Below are positions 1-12,887 of a stretch of 64,000 nt of DNA, one piece after another. The stretch lies in assembly GCA_012026655.1 (NCBI GenBank), contig JAAILG010001096.1:1-64000 (forward strand), written 5' to 3'. The translations under genes and the position numbers were made by a program. The number at the start of each line of letters is the position of its first letter. Position 1 is the stretch's first letter. Below the pieces are notes generated by a model. That model had not been told where the DNA came from. It saw only the letters and a list, made by a program, of their open reading frames with translations, and ran no database searches. This stretch comes from Hydrolagus affinis (Eukaryota).

Positions 1-196
1 GAGGGTAGAGGCCAAAAATACATGAGCACACTCAAAAAACTAAAGCAAACTTGCACGATTTATAAAAGAGTTTCCAGTCGAAGGCTGCCTGTGTATGGGG
101 AATGATGCCATTGAAACATTAGCTGCTTTTGCCAAGCTTTGTAAATAGAGTACTGTTTACCAATGCAACATTTCACTGCTATTTATTACTACTATA
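1..196 (-). pseudogene. GREB1-like pseudo-exon (SSEM..KQYSIYKAW...FECAHVFLAS), truncated by window edge
   Basis: Phase 2 matches the preceding donor. Q-x3-Y-x2-W and F-x4-VFLAS spacing match EQSLYYRQW and FHPRRLLLSG. Confidence 0.6.
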
Positions 197-877
197 CTGA
201 TAGACCATTCATCCAGAATAGTTTGGATTTGGATTCTTGTGATCTTGTGATTTTTTTCCCACAACGTCTAAATTAAGTAATCCATTGGAACCGAATGTAA
301 CCCGATCTGTTTGAATTTAGCGCATAGCTGTGAACAGAGAGCTATAACCTGTCGACACTACCTACAAGTCGAATTTTAATCGGTTGAAACTTTTTCTTAA
401 GTATACTTATTGATGTAAGTGAACTTTGTTGCTGCCAGTGCTCTGTGCATTTTTGTTTCTCACAGGCCCTGAAATGATGGAGAATAAGCAGCAAATCTAA
501 TTAAACTAACTTGGAAAATTACAGGGAGACTGAATAATGATAGTGTTTGTTTGCAGCATTATTGATGGGTTTAACATTCTGCAGAGAACAGCAAAATAGG
601 ATCCTGCAGGTCTGATCGAGCACAAGGAACTTTTATGTTTCTAGATTTAACAAATGGATTCTCTAAGCATTGACCAAATGTTAACATTCTACAGTTACAT
701 AGTAAATCACCATCACATATGTCTGTATTATTGTGCATAATGTAAATGGATTAAATTATTATAACGCATTCTGCAACTCTCATTGTTGCTTTGTAAAAGT
801 GCTCTTCATTAAGCCATTAGAATATTGAACATGCGGGAACCTTAACTATCATCAGAGTTACGAGGTTGTGAATTTAC

Positions 878-1148
878 CTGGGTCTTAAATGAGAGATCAT
901 GGAGGAAATGATGCAAGAGACAGTGATAATAAAAGAGTAGAAGCTAGCATGGTAGTTTACGGAATGCAGGCTCTGTATTCCCCAGAGAGCAGCTGCCAGG
1001 ACCAGTACAGAGCAATTCTGAAATCCAACATCAGTATTAGAACTACTTCCACCATGTTTACTGTGCAAAGAAAGTGCACCATATGAAGCAAAACAGCAAA
1101 GGTGAAATCCAGCAAGACATTCTACTTTGTTGCCGTGGTTACCACACT
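878..1148 (-). pseudogene. GREB1-like pseudo-exon (...CSVLVLAAALW...SHLRP)
   Basis: Acceptor gtttttctgcttttcag, donor CCCAG|gtaaat; ORF 874-1185(-). Ends HLRP~SSFRP, phase 2 compatible with the next exon. Confidence 0.6.
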
Positions 1149-3687
1149 CTGAAAAGCAGAAAAACAATATAACAGCTTTGAACAAAAATCACCGCCTTAT
1201 ATCAAGGGAAATGAAGGGAAGATGCATTGTTAGGCATTGCTGACATTTTCATCAACACTCGTGAAAAAAGGAAAATGGATGCTGGTTTAGCAAAGTTGTA
1301 TCTAAAGAACATATTGGCCATATTGAATTATTTACTGTGCTCTTGAACTTAATTCTAAGATGTAGAGGACGCTGTATTTATAGATTAGAATCCTGTGTGG
1401 CAATGCGACAGTTCAGAATGAGCCTGTTGTCACATTTCATTATGACTTTGTTGTCACCACCAGTGCATTTTATTCTATATTTTATTAAACTAGGTAGCAA
1501 CTGCAGTGAATTTTAATTGAGCATATAGAAGGTTTACCTCATAAATATGTAGAATTGACCCAAACAGATTGAGCTGCATTCATTACATTTATTATTTAAA
1601 TCTTGTTGAAATTGACCTACAACAATGCATTTCTGCAAGGTACATTTAGCTGGACAACTTTCCTCAGTGTACTTGTTTGTTTTTCAGAGTAATATTTAAT
1701 AGGAATGTTTGAATTTAAATAGAATAACAAGGATGAGAGCCAGTTGGAAGAAAGAGACCTGAAGTTTGGTTCTAAATTTAAATGGAACTTAAATGGCGAA
1801 TGGAATTTAGATATGTTTGGATGTTTTTGAGTTGAAATTTAATCAAATTTTGTTTGTGACATGTGACTAGTTTAGTTAAATGCTACATCAGGTTTAAAAG
1901 ACGAGTTTCACATTTTAAGTGAAAAAGGCTGAATTTGCCCCACAAAATCTTACTAAAAAAGTCAATCAATCAAGTTTTGATTCGGATCCAACTGACCATA
2001 ACCAAATAATCCAACTCAGGTTGGAGGCAATACAATTTGAGTCACTTCCAGTAATGTTTTGCTGTCAACAACAACAATTTTCCATCAGACAGCAACTTTC
2101 ACAAAGGGCCATGTTTCAAAGGACTACAGAGATGGATTTGGGACCTAAGCAAGATAGGGGAAGGATAGGAGAGAGTTGGCCGATGACATGATCAAACAGG
2201 TAGGTTTTTGAAAGCATTTTGTGGAAGTCTTTCTCTTATGACTGACTTTGGGTGACTGGAGACATACAAAAGAATAGAATGGCCACACTGAGATTAAAAT
2301 TCAGGATTTCAAACATATAGCCTAAAATACAATATAGTATTTCAAATGGTAGTCACAAATAGTGTTTTCACCAGTAAGTGGATATGAGTTATGTCAACCT
2401 GTTGGAATCAGGTTGTATTAGAGCAGAACTCAAACAGCTTGGTGGAACTCACATCCAGTTAAACCCATTAATCCAGATTAGGATGCAATTTTTTTTATTT
2501 CAGACCCTTGTCAGATTTCATTTATTCTACCTATCGTTAGGTAACTGCAAACCAATCTTTCAGCTATGTATCAGATTACAGTATTATCGCATTTTTAAAT
2601 ATATTAATTGCAAACATCATATACAGATTTTTTTTTGAAATTGTAGGATTTTGTCAGAGCTATAAAATGTAACGGAGAAATCAATGTAATTTATGCCCTC
2701 TGGGATGTGGAATTCAAATGTTCAGAAAAGTATAACCTCAATCTTTCTCTTTGCTTTAGATATTGCAATAGGAAAAGGACACAGGGTGAGTATCTGTGGT
2801 GTTATTGCTGTTCAAAGTGAGGAAATACTCTGTCTCTCATGTTACCATGTTTAGAGCACTGACATTATGTATGACCTGTCTGTAATCATAGCAATTTTAC
2901 ACACAATATTTCTACTCCGAGGTACCCAGATACATAAATCAATTCAAAGATTGTACATATGTTTTGGCTGACAACTGACCCCTTTTCATTGGTAATCTGA
3001 CATTGCACTCCGGCTTGTATCAGGCTGGTCTGTTGATGTTGAACGGCGAATGGTTTGAAATTAAATATCTATTTACATATTGTACATCAAACTGAGTGGT
3101 GTGTATTGATGCATGTTGTGTATGAGACAAAGACAAAAGCCAATATACTTGTGTATCAAAGGTAAAGGAAAACGATGAAGGTTATTTGCATAATTCTGAA
3201 TAAGACCAATGAATCAGAAAAGCAATAATGGGGCCTTTTTGGAAAGGTTTTCTCTCAGGTTTGTTGCATCTTTCCTCAATGTGATCAGATTGTAAGGTAT
3301 AACCACTCGGAGCTAGATACTGAAGAACAGCCAGGAATATCAAAATATTACTTCATTCAGCAGCTTCAGAAAAGAAAGAGTAGGGAGGTCTAAAGGTTCC
3401 TATTCAAAGATTAGCTTGGCCAATAATCTTCCTGTTAAAATGGTTATTTGACTTCTGGCTGATTATGGTACAATGCTGTATGTAAATTGGTTTGTAAATT
3501 TATCTACAAATATACAGTCACTACTGTATATTTTACAGCCAGTACCACGGGTTAGGAGCCTACAAGTTTTCTACCAATATGTAGATGGAAAAATGAATAA
3601 TCTGTTCTCATTTCCATTATTGTAATCGGTATTCATTTGTGACTTTTACCTTTTTATCTGCCACTATATGTTTACTTCAGATATAAT

Positions 3688-4001
3688 ATAATAATAATTC
3701 TTGCATTTGATATAGTGCTTTTCATGTCTTCTAGACATCTCAAAGGCGCTTCACAGAATATATTGTAAAGTGAATTGACTGTATACTTGTGGGCGAAATG
3801 CGGCAGCCAATTGCACAGAACAGTATCGCACAAACAGTCGTGGATTGAAATGACCAATTTTTTTTGGGAAGGGATTATTATTAGGCATGTCCATGGAGTA
3901 AGGAAACTTGCCCAAGGTTTTGCCCTGACGTGCCTGGATTCGAACACAGGTCTCACAGGTCTTGTAAGGCGAGTGCTCTAACCACTGAGCTACAGGACTC
4001 C
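3688..4001 (-). mobile_element. Full-length tRNA-derived SINE (SINE2-1_CM-like: tRNA head, Deu-like core, L2-like tail)
   Basis: Head GGAGTCCTGTAGCTCAGTGGTTAGAGCAC with A box and GTTCGAATCC B box, core CTGTTTGTG..GTGCAATTGGCTGCCG, (ATT)n tail. More than 10 copies in the window. Confidence 0.9.
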
Positions 4002-5437
4002 ACAGTTGTGCGTGTGCATGTAATTTCAATGGTCTGAAGTTTTTATCTTATATATTGTTGTTAAGTTAATGCATGTAACTTTTTAATGAATTGAATTACA
4101 CACTTCTTGTTCTTCCCAATCATACTATTTTGAGGTGTTTGGCCTCTTCTTGCCTGTGGTATGTTGAAAAGGTGTATGAATTTGGTCCTTTACAACTTTG
4201 CAGATGTGAGGATATGTATCAAAGTTAGAATTTTTGCTGCATTGCTGGTAAAAATGCATAAAAGAACAACTGCTGAGACAGGTAGAAAGTACAACAGATA
4301 TTTTGACAGCCCTCAAAATCATTTTAATCCAAACACAATTCCCCTCTGTGTCATAACTCATATTGAAGTTTGTCAAAGTATCTCAACTCATGCCCAACAT
4401 TATTATACACTGATGTTTCTTTGACATGCATCACCAATATTGGGATGTACACATCAAGGAGAAAAAAAAATCAGTGTACAAGTAATAATGTCCTTTAAAA
4501 AGGTCTAGAATGTCAGGTATATTTTGATTTTGGACATTATCTGCCTTTTTTTTTATTCTTTTGAAATCTCTCAGAGTGACTGGGAGAGGGGGCCAGAGAA
4601 TCTACTAGGTACAAAAATGTATGCACTAGTGAAATATACAGAGAGAGTTCATTTTCTTTAAAAGTTACCTTTCACCGCTTTGTTTATCTGCCTTATGTAG
4701 GAAACAGGGAACTATGGTTTTACTCTCCTTGCATTCAGTATCATCAGTCTTAATAGAAAGTTACAGCACAAAAGAAAGCTATTTGACTCACTGTGTCCAT
4801 CTCAAACTTTCCCATGTCATTCTAGCTTTTCTCTCCATGCAAAGCTTTACAAGTATGACTTCTAAGCAACATATATATTTTTTTGTTGCTGAATAATGGA
4901 GTTGGAAGGTGCAGCATTTTATCTTTAAGCCCAATTAACTTACTTTAAAACTAGGTCATTAGAACACACAGTTAAATAAAACCTGCAACTAAATCTAAAT
5001 AAGAAAATTACCAGTTCAGACCCACATTTCATGAGCTACCCAGGGGAACAGTTGTTGGCTGGAGGCTGCATTGGCCTCTGCTGATGGTAGGGAGAGAGCT
5101 TGTGGAGTATGAGCAAGAATAGAATATTGAGGACTGCGAGTTCCAGTGGTGCACAAATATCAAATTCAAAAAGATTTTTTTTAAAAAAAGGTTAAGATTT
5201 TCTCCAGAGGGACAAGATACAATAAAGTTTCATTTAAACAAGATAAAAACAAACTGCTTTGCTGTTGTTTCTCCCCACCCTCACCTCCCTCAGTTGCGTC
5301 TGCCAGGTTATCTGAAACTGCACCAATAACTCAGCTTCGCCTTTTGCTATAACAAGCCAGGTTTGATGTAGTGCCTTATCACATTGTTGAAAGGTTTGCA
5401 ATCGCTTTACAATGCTTTTACCTAGCAATGTAAATGT

Positions 5438-5654
5438 GGAGTCCTGTAGCTCAGTGGTTAGAGCACTCATCTTACAAGCAAGAGACATGGGTTCAATTCC
5501 ACGTAGGGTGAAACCTTGGGCAAGTTTTCTTACTCTACAATCTTAATAATAATCCCCCAAAATTTGGTCAGTTGAATCCACAACTGTTTGTGGGATACTG
5601 CTGCATGGAATTGGCTGCTGCTTTCACCTATATATGTATAGTCAATTCACTTTA
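5438..5654 (+). mobile_element. tRNA-derived SINE, 3'-truncated
   Basis: Same head and core as 3688-4001. Confidence 0.9.
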
Positions 5655-7051
5655 TTTTTTCACACAAGCACACAAACATACACAAATAAAATATGTTATA
5701 CCGCTGGATAAAGCAAAAATAAGTTTTCTGAATTCTTGACGGTGAAAACCTTGTCATTTTAACAGAAAAAACAGACTCACTGAGCCTGAAGCATGCAAGT
5801 GGTGGGCCACAAAAATGGCTGCCCCCTTCCATGTTGTAAGAATGTACTGCTTATTCGCATATTCATTAATCTAAATTAACTAACACAGGAGCAGGGAAGC
5901 ACGCCAGCAAAGTGAGCAGTCAAAGCTTTAACTGTCCAGAGCATGATGTAAAGCATACTGGGCAGTCAGTGAGTGGAATATCTGGGCTTTCTTCCGCGCT
6001 AGGCACCAGATTTCAGGAGGCCATGTCCCAACATTTTTGAATAAAGGATATATTTTATACATTAAAAAAAATTAAACATTCATGTCATATTTTATTTAAG
6101 ATTCTTTCCTTGCTCATGTTATAAATGAACTTGTACCATACTGTTAGGATTTGACCTCTATGACAGTTACATTATGGTAATGACTATCAGGGTGCAAGTG
6201 TGCATCTGTTCAATATTCATTCTAGCTCTCTCTTTCCCCTGCATGCACAGATAGAGCAATTTCCAATATGGGAACCCTGTAATATGCATGAAATGTCAGA
6301 TTTTATGTACATCTTGATCATTTGATGGGATTTGATGCAATCTGTATGCTAGTTACATGCTGATATGATGGGTATTATTAGGCTACAATATTAAAATTCA
6401 GATCCAACACACAAACTTATTTATCCCAACTTAACTGGGAAGTTTATGTAGAACATTTATATCTATATTGATCTGCATCATCACAACAGTTTCTTATATA
6501 TTTTAGAATAAACATTGTTAGATTCACAACACGTGTGTTTATTTTTAAACTGTATGGGCATAATGTACATATATTCTATTTTTCAAAATATTTACTGAGG
6601 AATGTGTCACTATAGAAGTTTTAAAGGGAAATTGATGTGCTAATATAGAGTCTTGCAAGATACATTCCATCCTCTGCTGGAACACTGTAAGTTTTGCCAG
6701 TGAGTGTTCAAAGCTATCAATATCTGCTTGCAAGATTCTCAACAGAATCAATAAATGTATAATAAAATCCAAGGGAAGAACCTTGTGGCACACAAATACC
6801 TGACTTGCTTACTCATTCCAGTAACTCTGCATTCCTGTAAGTCTGCTCTTCTTAGTGTAACTGCTGCTTTTGTAACTGAAGTGAAGGGTTGTCAATTTTA
6901 TTTATATTCTTTAACTTGCTTCCAAAAATTCAGAGGCAAAAATTCACTATTCTTCTCTTCCGTATTGAATGAATTCCTTTTCTAGCTGTGCCTAAAATCA
7001 CTGCTGACATTTTCAGCATCATATGGATAGTTTCCTTGATCAGGTCTTTGG

Positions 7052-7457
7052 GTGGGTCAGTGGCTAAAAATCTTTATCCTTTCACTTCTGGGACCTCAAG
7101 CTGAAATGCTGTCTTGAGGAATGGGATGACAGGTTTCTTTTTCTCCCACAATTGAGCTTTCTCACCCAATTCAGTGTAGCTAGGAACTCACAGGACAAAA
7201 TGGGCCATTATATCACCAATAATTAATTGAGTCTTCAAATTCAGAATTCTCACTATAAGGACCAGTTGATGTGCGGCATTGGTGCATCAAAGAATTTTCT
7301 CTGAATGAGATTGAAGCACATTGTTGAGGAAAAGCAGGAGTTTTGCTCTACATCGAGCTATGCTATGTCTGTCCTGGTAGCACATGCTGAGATTGATGCA
7401 CAAAGGTAGGACAAGTTATGATTTCCCAGCATAACAATCCCTCATTTTTAGAAGTGA
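7052..7457 (+). mobile_element. Ancient AmnSINE2-like SINE remnant
   Basis: cagtggctaaa..cctttcacttctgggacct head and gagttttgctctacatc..ttcccagcataacaatccctca 3' part resemble the recalled AmnSINE2 consensus. Confidence 0.5.
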
Positions 7458-8530
7458 AAACTACATTCCAAACAAAACAAGGAATCATATTCACCAAATC
7501 CTGCACTTTTCTGATATAGCCTGTGTTTTACAGAAATGCATATTCTTGCTGCCAGGTGCCGCTAAGAACATTTAACGAGAATGCACAATCCCTTTCATTT
7601 TTCATATATTTTTTAAAAATAAAGTCTTGTGCAATTTTGTCTGTTGAAATTTCAAAATGAATTGGTGAAGGACAAATACATGTGTTCCCAGTGGTGACTT
7701 GGAGGCACAGAAAGATTGAATTTTTCTTCCAATGCTACAGAAGAGGGCAAGTTTCCAGAAATAGTCAGTGATAGATGAGGTCTCAGCAGCCAGCTAGTTT
7801 CCCTCAAACAATTTTATTATTGGCTGAACTTTATGATGAATATTCTTTTTCAAAAGCCACGGCCCATTGATAACAAAAATAAAGCAGGTTGTACTTAGTA
7901 TTTGTCAATGAATTGAATTTCACTGATTAATTTCACTGTTCTAAGCTCCGAACCTTGGTTGAGTTTTACTCCAGTGAGTCCAAGTTCTACAAATCCAACA
8001 ATTTCCATTATTTTCTAAACAGTTTACTGTATCCATTGATCAATGTTTTTAATTTATGACTCCAGGTTTGATGTCTGTTCTGCCAATGGCCATGTTTTGT
8101 GCAGCTGTTTGTAAATTGAGATGTGTGCTTAACAATGGGTTCCCACCCACACCATCCCAATCTTTAATTGCATGGAGTAATATTTTGTAACTAAGTCAGT
8201 TGCTTGATGTATCATACATGTTTTGGTGCTTCCAGCATACTTTGTGGGTGCAGCAGAGGCTTCTACCCCCACCTAACTAGTTCATTTGTTTGATTTGTAT
8301 TTTCTTTAGCAATTTTTAGCTAAGCCACTAGAGGGAAGTATGTCACCATGGGCAAAACAGAAAGTTTTCTTTGTTGGGTGCACACTGCAAAGAATGTTTT
8401 TTTTCAATTCTAAGCTTATTAAAAATATGTTAAATGCCTTTCTAAAAGAATCCACCAACAATAAAGCAAAGAATATATTGCCTTTACTTTACTGATGGGT
8501 AATGGTGGGGATAAATGATCCTCTAGTTTT

Positions 8531-9195
8531 AATAATCCTTGCATTTGATATAAACAGTCCTGCAGTATTACTATAGCTCAGTGGTTAGAGCACTCGCCTT
8601 ACGTGAGACCTGTGTTCGAATCCAGGCAGGGTGAAATTTTGGGAAAGTTTCCTTACTCTACATGCCTAATAATAATCCCCCCCCACAAAAAAAACTAATA
8701 AATTGGTCATTTCAATTCACGACTGTTTATGGGATAATGCTATACGTACAGTAATTGGTTGCTACGTTTAGCCCAACAATATACAATCAATTCACTTTAC
8801 AGTATATTCTGTGAAGCGCTTTGAGACGTTTAGAAGACGTGAAAAGTGCTATATCAAAATGCAAAGATTATAAAGCGCCTTGTCACATCTTTGAAATGTC
8901 TCAAAGCGCTTCACAGAATATACTGTAAAGTGAATTGATGCAGAAGTCAATTGTGCGTATCAGCATCCCACACAGTCATGGATGAGGTGATCAAATTTAT
9001 TATATTTTTGTTGTTTTGAAGGAATTATTACCCCTGGAAAAGCGATCCACCAATCAACTAATAACTGGGTTCCTACTTACTGTTAGGTAAACAAGGGCGT
9101 GTAGAGTAACCTGTCCAACATTTTCCCTGACAGGAATCGAACCCGGATCTCTTGATTGTGAGGCGAGTGCTCTAATCACTGAGCTATAGGACTCC
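8531..9195 (-). mobile_element. Longer-subfamily tRNA SINE, split by the nested copy
   Basis: Tail at 8531-8554 continues at 8871; head ends ggactcc at 9195; extra internal segment ~9030-9100. Confidence 0.85.
8555..8870 (+). mobile_element. tRNA-derived SINE nested in the tail of an older opposite-strand SINE
   Basis: Full head to tail, flanked by tataaa at 8549-8554 and 8869-8874. Confidence 0.88.
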
Positions 9196-10057
9196 AAAGA
9201 TTGAAGCAGAGGTAGCCAACCCTGCTTAGCAAAGCGCCTACTTTCTTGGGAAGCAACTGGAAAAATTGTTAGTGATGCTGCTATTCCTCACGGGTGGTTG
9301 GGGGGTGGAATGTGCGGGGTGGTGATAATTGTCTTGAGCAGATATTAAAGAATTTATTTTTGTTTATTGACTTCAGATTTTCTTGTGGTGGAATCGATGG
9401 GTTGATAATACCTACCAGCCTAAATCTCTTATGTGGATGATAAGCAGTAGGAATATGCACTCAGGTGCTCAGGGATATATAAAAATGAAAAAAGGATTTC
9501 ATTTTACGTTTGATTTACTCAGCCTTTTGTGTGTGTGGATAAGACGAGTATATGAAGCTAAATAGCTTCTGAAAAGGGTATTTTTCAATTGTTAGAGATT
9601 GGTCACTTTTGAGTGTAGTTCAGTAATTCAGCAGTGCTGTGTATCACTGAACTGAATAATACTGCTGAGATAGTGGCAGATATAATATCCTTCAAATGCT
9701 GTTTTCTTTTTTTAATCCCAACCCTTCAGTTTGATGCCAAAGCATAGTTAGTTGAGCGAAAATGTTTTTTCCAGTGCAGCAAAGCGAGTCGCAACATCAA
9801 CCAGAGATTGGCCACACTTCACTGTTTTAGTAGCATAAACCATCTTTTGTGTGAGGTGAAAATGAAAAGTTGAAGCAATTGTGAATGTCAATGATGATGA
9901 TCGCTGCAGCCCTGCAACTTACTTTCTATGATGTGCATCCAGTGTGGTATCCAAAAGTTGACAATGAAATTGGCTCACATTTGCAACACCTCTATTTGTC
10001 GTTTGAACTGAGTCCTCAGGTGTAATTTTGAATGCATGTAGTTATAATAATATTACA

Positions 10058-10192
10058 GTAATAAGTATTTTTGCATTCGATATCAAGTGTTTCACAGGAT
10101 TTAGTGCAATGTGTAGTGATCTGTATTTTGTAGGTGAATGTAGCTGCCAATTTGTGCACAGCAAAGTCCCACAAACAATCGTGAAGTGAATG
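10058..10192 (-). mobile_element. DeuSINE 3' fragment
   Basis: gctgccaatttgtgcacagcaaagtcccacaaaca is the Deu core on the minus strand. Confidence 0.7.
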
Positions 10193-11189
10193 CTCTGTGA
10201 TTGCCATTGCGCCCTGATCCATTGTACATATGTATCTTCCTGTTCCTCCTTGCTGTTCCCGATATGCACTATGGGCTGGTTGTGTGATTCCTGTAGTCAC
10301 GTGCATGTGGACACAACCCGCAGACTTGGGCAAAAAAGTGAATATGTGATCAGAAACTTAATTTCAACTCTTATCTGTGTGCATTGGAGACAACTATTTT
10401 GAAAGATCTCAGAAATATTATAAACTTATTTTGGCCTAGCAGTAGTTCAGCTACTAATGCACTTTTCAAATTACACTGTTTACAGGATAGAGCTGATTCA
10501 GACCCCTCCCCCCCACCGCCTGCAGAGTCTTTGTACAAGAAAGGTAAAGGGTTTATGTAGAATGCAACACGACTACATATATTTGAATATTTAACTACAA
10601 AGGTGCATAGGTTTCAATATGTAGATATTTCTTCAAAAATGCATGTGTACAAAAGGAAACATATTTTGCCTTATTAGCTCGAAACACCAGTGGGCAAGTC
10701 ATTTGACTTGAACCTTGAAAGCAGAAAAACTATAGAGCAAACTGTTTGGATTTTATATTTTCTGGAAGATCCTTGTAATTTCTCAAGTATTTATTTTCCA
10801 CCATTTTTATTATAACTGCTATTTATTATAACTGTCTAATCCAAGATGTACCTCTTTGACTGCGTTTTTGGTCATTTTTCTCCTCCCTATTGCCTTCAGA
10901 ATCCTAATCCCCCCAGTTTGGGTATCTAAACAGCGTTAAGTGCTTTGAGAAATCCTCCCAATGAAAGGAGCTACATAAATGTAAATTGTAATGTATAAGG
11001 AATACCTCTACTACTATTATGCAAAATATGTAAAATCCTCTTTTGGTGCGAGCAAGATTAGCAATCTCCAGTAATTTAATTACAAGAGTAAAATGGATTC
11101 AATACAACACGGCGGAATAATGTTCTAAGAACGTGAAGCATGGAAAGTGAAAAGACTGAAAAGGATATTTGACCCATCGAATAGGCATC

Positions 11190-12009
11190 TTGTTCATTTT
11201 ATTCTTGATTTTATTCTCAAAATCCATATAAAAAAAGATGCATTATCTATTCCTGCCAATATTTTAAACATTGCATTATTTTACAAATATCCACATTAAA
11301 TCCCATCTGCCATTCTGAATACTATCACTTCATTGTTCAGATGTCTTGTTATTGCCATAAATCTCACTTGATAGCTCAGCTGTAACATTTTCTGAGCTTC
11401 AGATTCCAGCGTCATCTGATGAAGATCAAGTCTTTGCACCAGCATATAATAAACAGAATGTGTCTTACCGAAGATTTTCATAGGGTTAGAATAGCTTATT
11501 TTGACTTCTGATCAAATGTTGTCAAGATACATTGAAAACATAATTTAGTGGCTGCTTTAATGATGGTCAATAGCCATACCCAAATCCATTTGCTTTCCTG
11601 CTTTTTCTAATGGAATACTTTCATCATGACCGGATTTTGTGTGTTCCGTTCAAATATATATTATCTTACATTTATCTTCCTTGAAATCTACCTGCCGTGC
11701 AAAACACATTCCCCTAATTGGTCTCTTTGAAGGCCATCAATCTACCTTATAGCTGTCATCTGATGTCTAATCATCAGAATCTGTAAAGTGTGTTGGAGAT
11801 TTCTTTCATCCTCCCACTTGTCAGTGTTCTTTCCATGATGATGGTTTTTCTTTAGCTTCTCATTGGTGATTATAGTAGTTGTACCAGTGCAGAACAAGTT
11901 CTGTTTAGAAAGTAGATCTCCAGCCACTTATATAATTGCAAAGGAGAGTATAAACAGATTGCAAAACAATTGAACTTTCAGGAAAGGCAGCTTTCCCTGA
12001 AAGCACAAC
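11190..12009 (-). pseudogene. GREB1-like pseudo-exon (LQSVYTLL...AGDLLSKQNLFC, then acidic linker)
   Basis: Acceptor gcattttgttgcttttctag. Resembles LEGLPCILIF...HGESLPRSLRYC followed by D/S/E-rich sequence, as in the GREB1 linker. 3' end uncertain. Confidence 0.55.
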
Positions 12010-12146
12010 CTAGAAAAGCAACAAAATGCATCATACTGTATATGGAGTTATACATGTAGAAAATATTCAGGCTATTTGTGCTTCAATAATACTATACTGG
12101 CTACACATAATAAATACTTGTAAAAATTAAAAAATTAATTAATCAC

Positions 12147-12494
12147 TGTTTGTCTTTCGCACATGGAAGGGAATATTGTAGATTGTAATAATAATGGAAT
12201 GGCTCAATAAAGCTTCCAAATTAAATCTGCGTGTTGTTCCCTAAATGCTTTGGAAATGTTGTGTTTGTAGTGGAATGATGAGAATCTGTGAACTGTTAAA
12301 TTCCCCCCTGACCTGCCAAATGGCCGCAGCAGCATTCTTAGGAGATTGGCCACTTCTGAATTTTGGGCCTCGACAGACATTTTATAGCAAATCACCGCGA
12401 CAGCTACAGCTAGTGCCGTATAAAACCAGCAGGAATTGTTAAGGATGAGTGATTTGCTGAGCTTCTTTGAGATAGTTTGTTTGCCTGACTAGTC
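12147..12494 (-). pseudogene. GREB1-like pseudo-exon (TNYLKEAQQIT...SCSCRG...QILII)
   Basis: Resembles KNYTSVETLEITQNLL...QCPCGHGLMVLL. GC-richer, coding-like segment with stops. Confidence 0.5.
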
Positions 12495-12659
12495 CTAATA
12501 GCTGATACAGCAGTGTTAATATGGCATAATTGATGTTCTCCACGATTTTCTCAACAAACCACTTGATTGTACAATTTAAATGGTTAAGAGTTTAACCATG
12601 TCATTGAACTCCACAACACCTATAGAATATTTTGACCTCTTGTGTCTATTGCAATTCAC

Positions 12660-12887
12660 AGACTTGAGAATCTAATGCTGTGAGGGGGATGGGAATGACT
12701 TGACCCCTGCTCGAAGTAATTCATTTGAGCTCTGACTCAGTGCTTTCAGTTTGAGCAGAGAAAACTGTCTTTTCCCCATGTGAAACAGCATGACAAGTAT
12801 TGATAAATTGCAGAATTCATACAGAAATTCTTCCAACAACTGATTACGACTAAATGGTACAATTTGGCATCGACAATATTTAGGGAA
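12660..12887 (-). pseudogene. GREB1-like pseudo-exon (FPKYCRCQIVPFSRNQLLEEFLYEF...)
   Basis: Acceptor gtgtattctctgcag; ORF 12672-12908(-). Begins FP like FPRLHSAVIRTFVLVQHY. 3' end approximate. Confidence 0.5.

Noticed and set aside
878-1148. Alternative identities for the exons (PKD1-like, ANKRD31, DTHD1)
   Set aside because: No collinear motif support, unlike GREB1.
270-2480. Weak inverted similarity between ~272-320 and ~2425-2475 as transposon TIRs
   Set aside because: Too degenerate to support by eye.
3940-4001. tRNA-Val/Ala-like genes at SINE heads (also 5438, 49424 and others)
   Set aside because: Each continues into SINE core and tail and lacks a paired acceptor stem.
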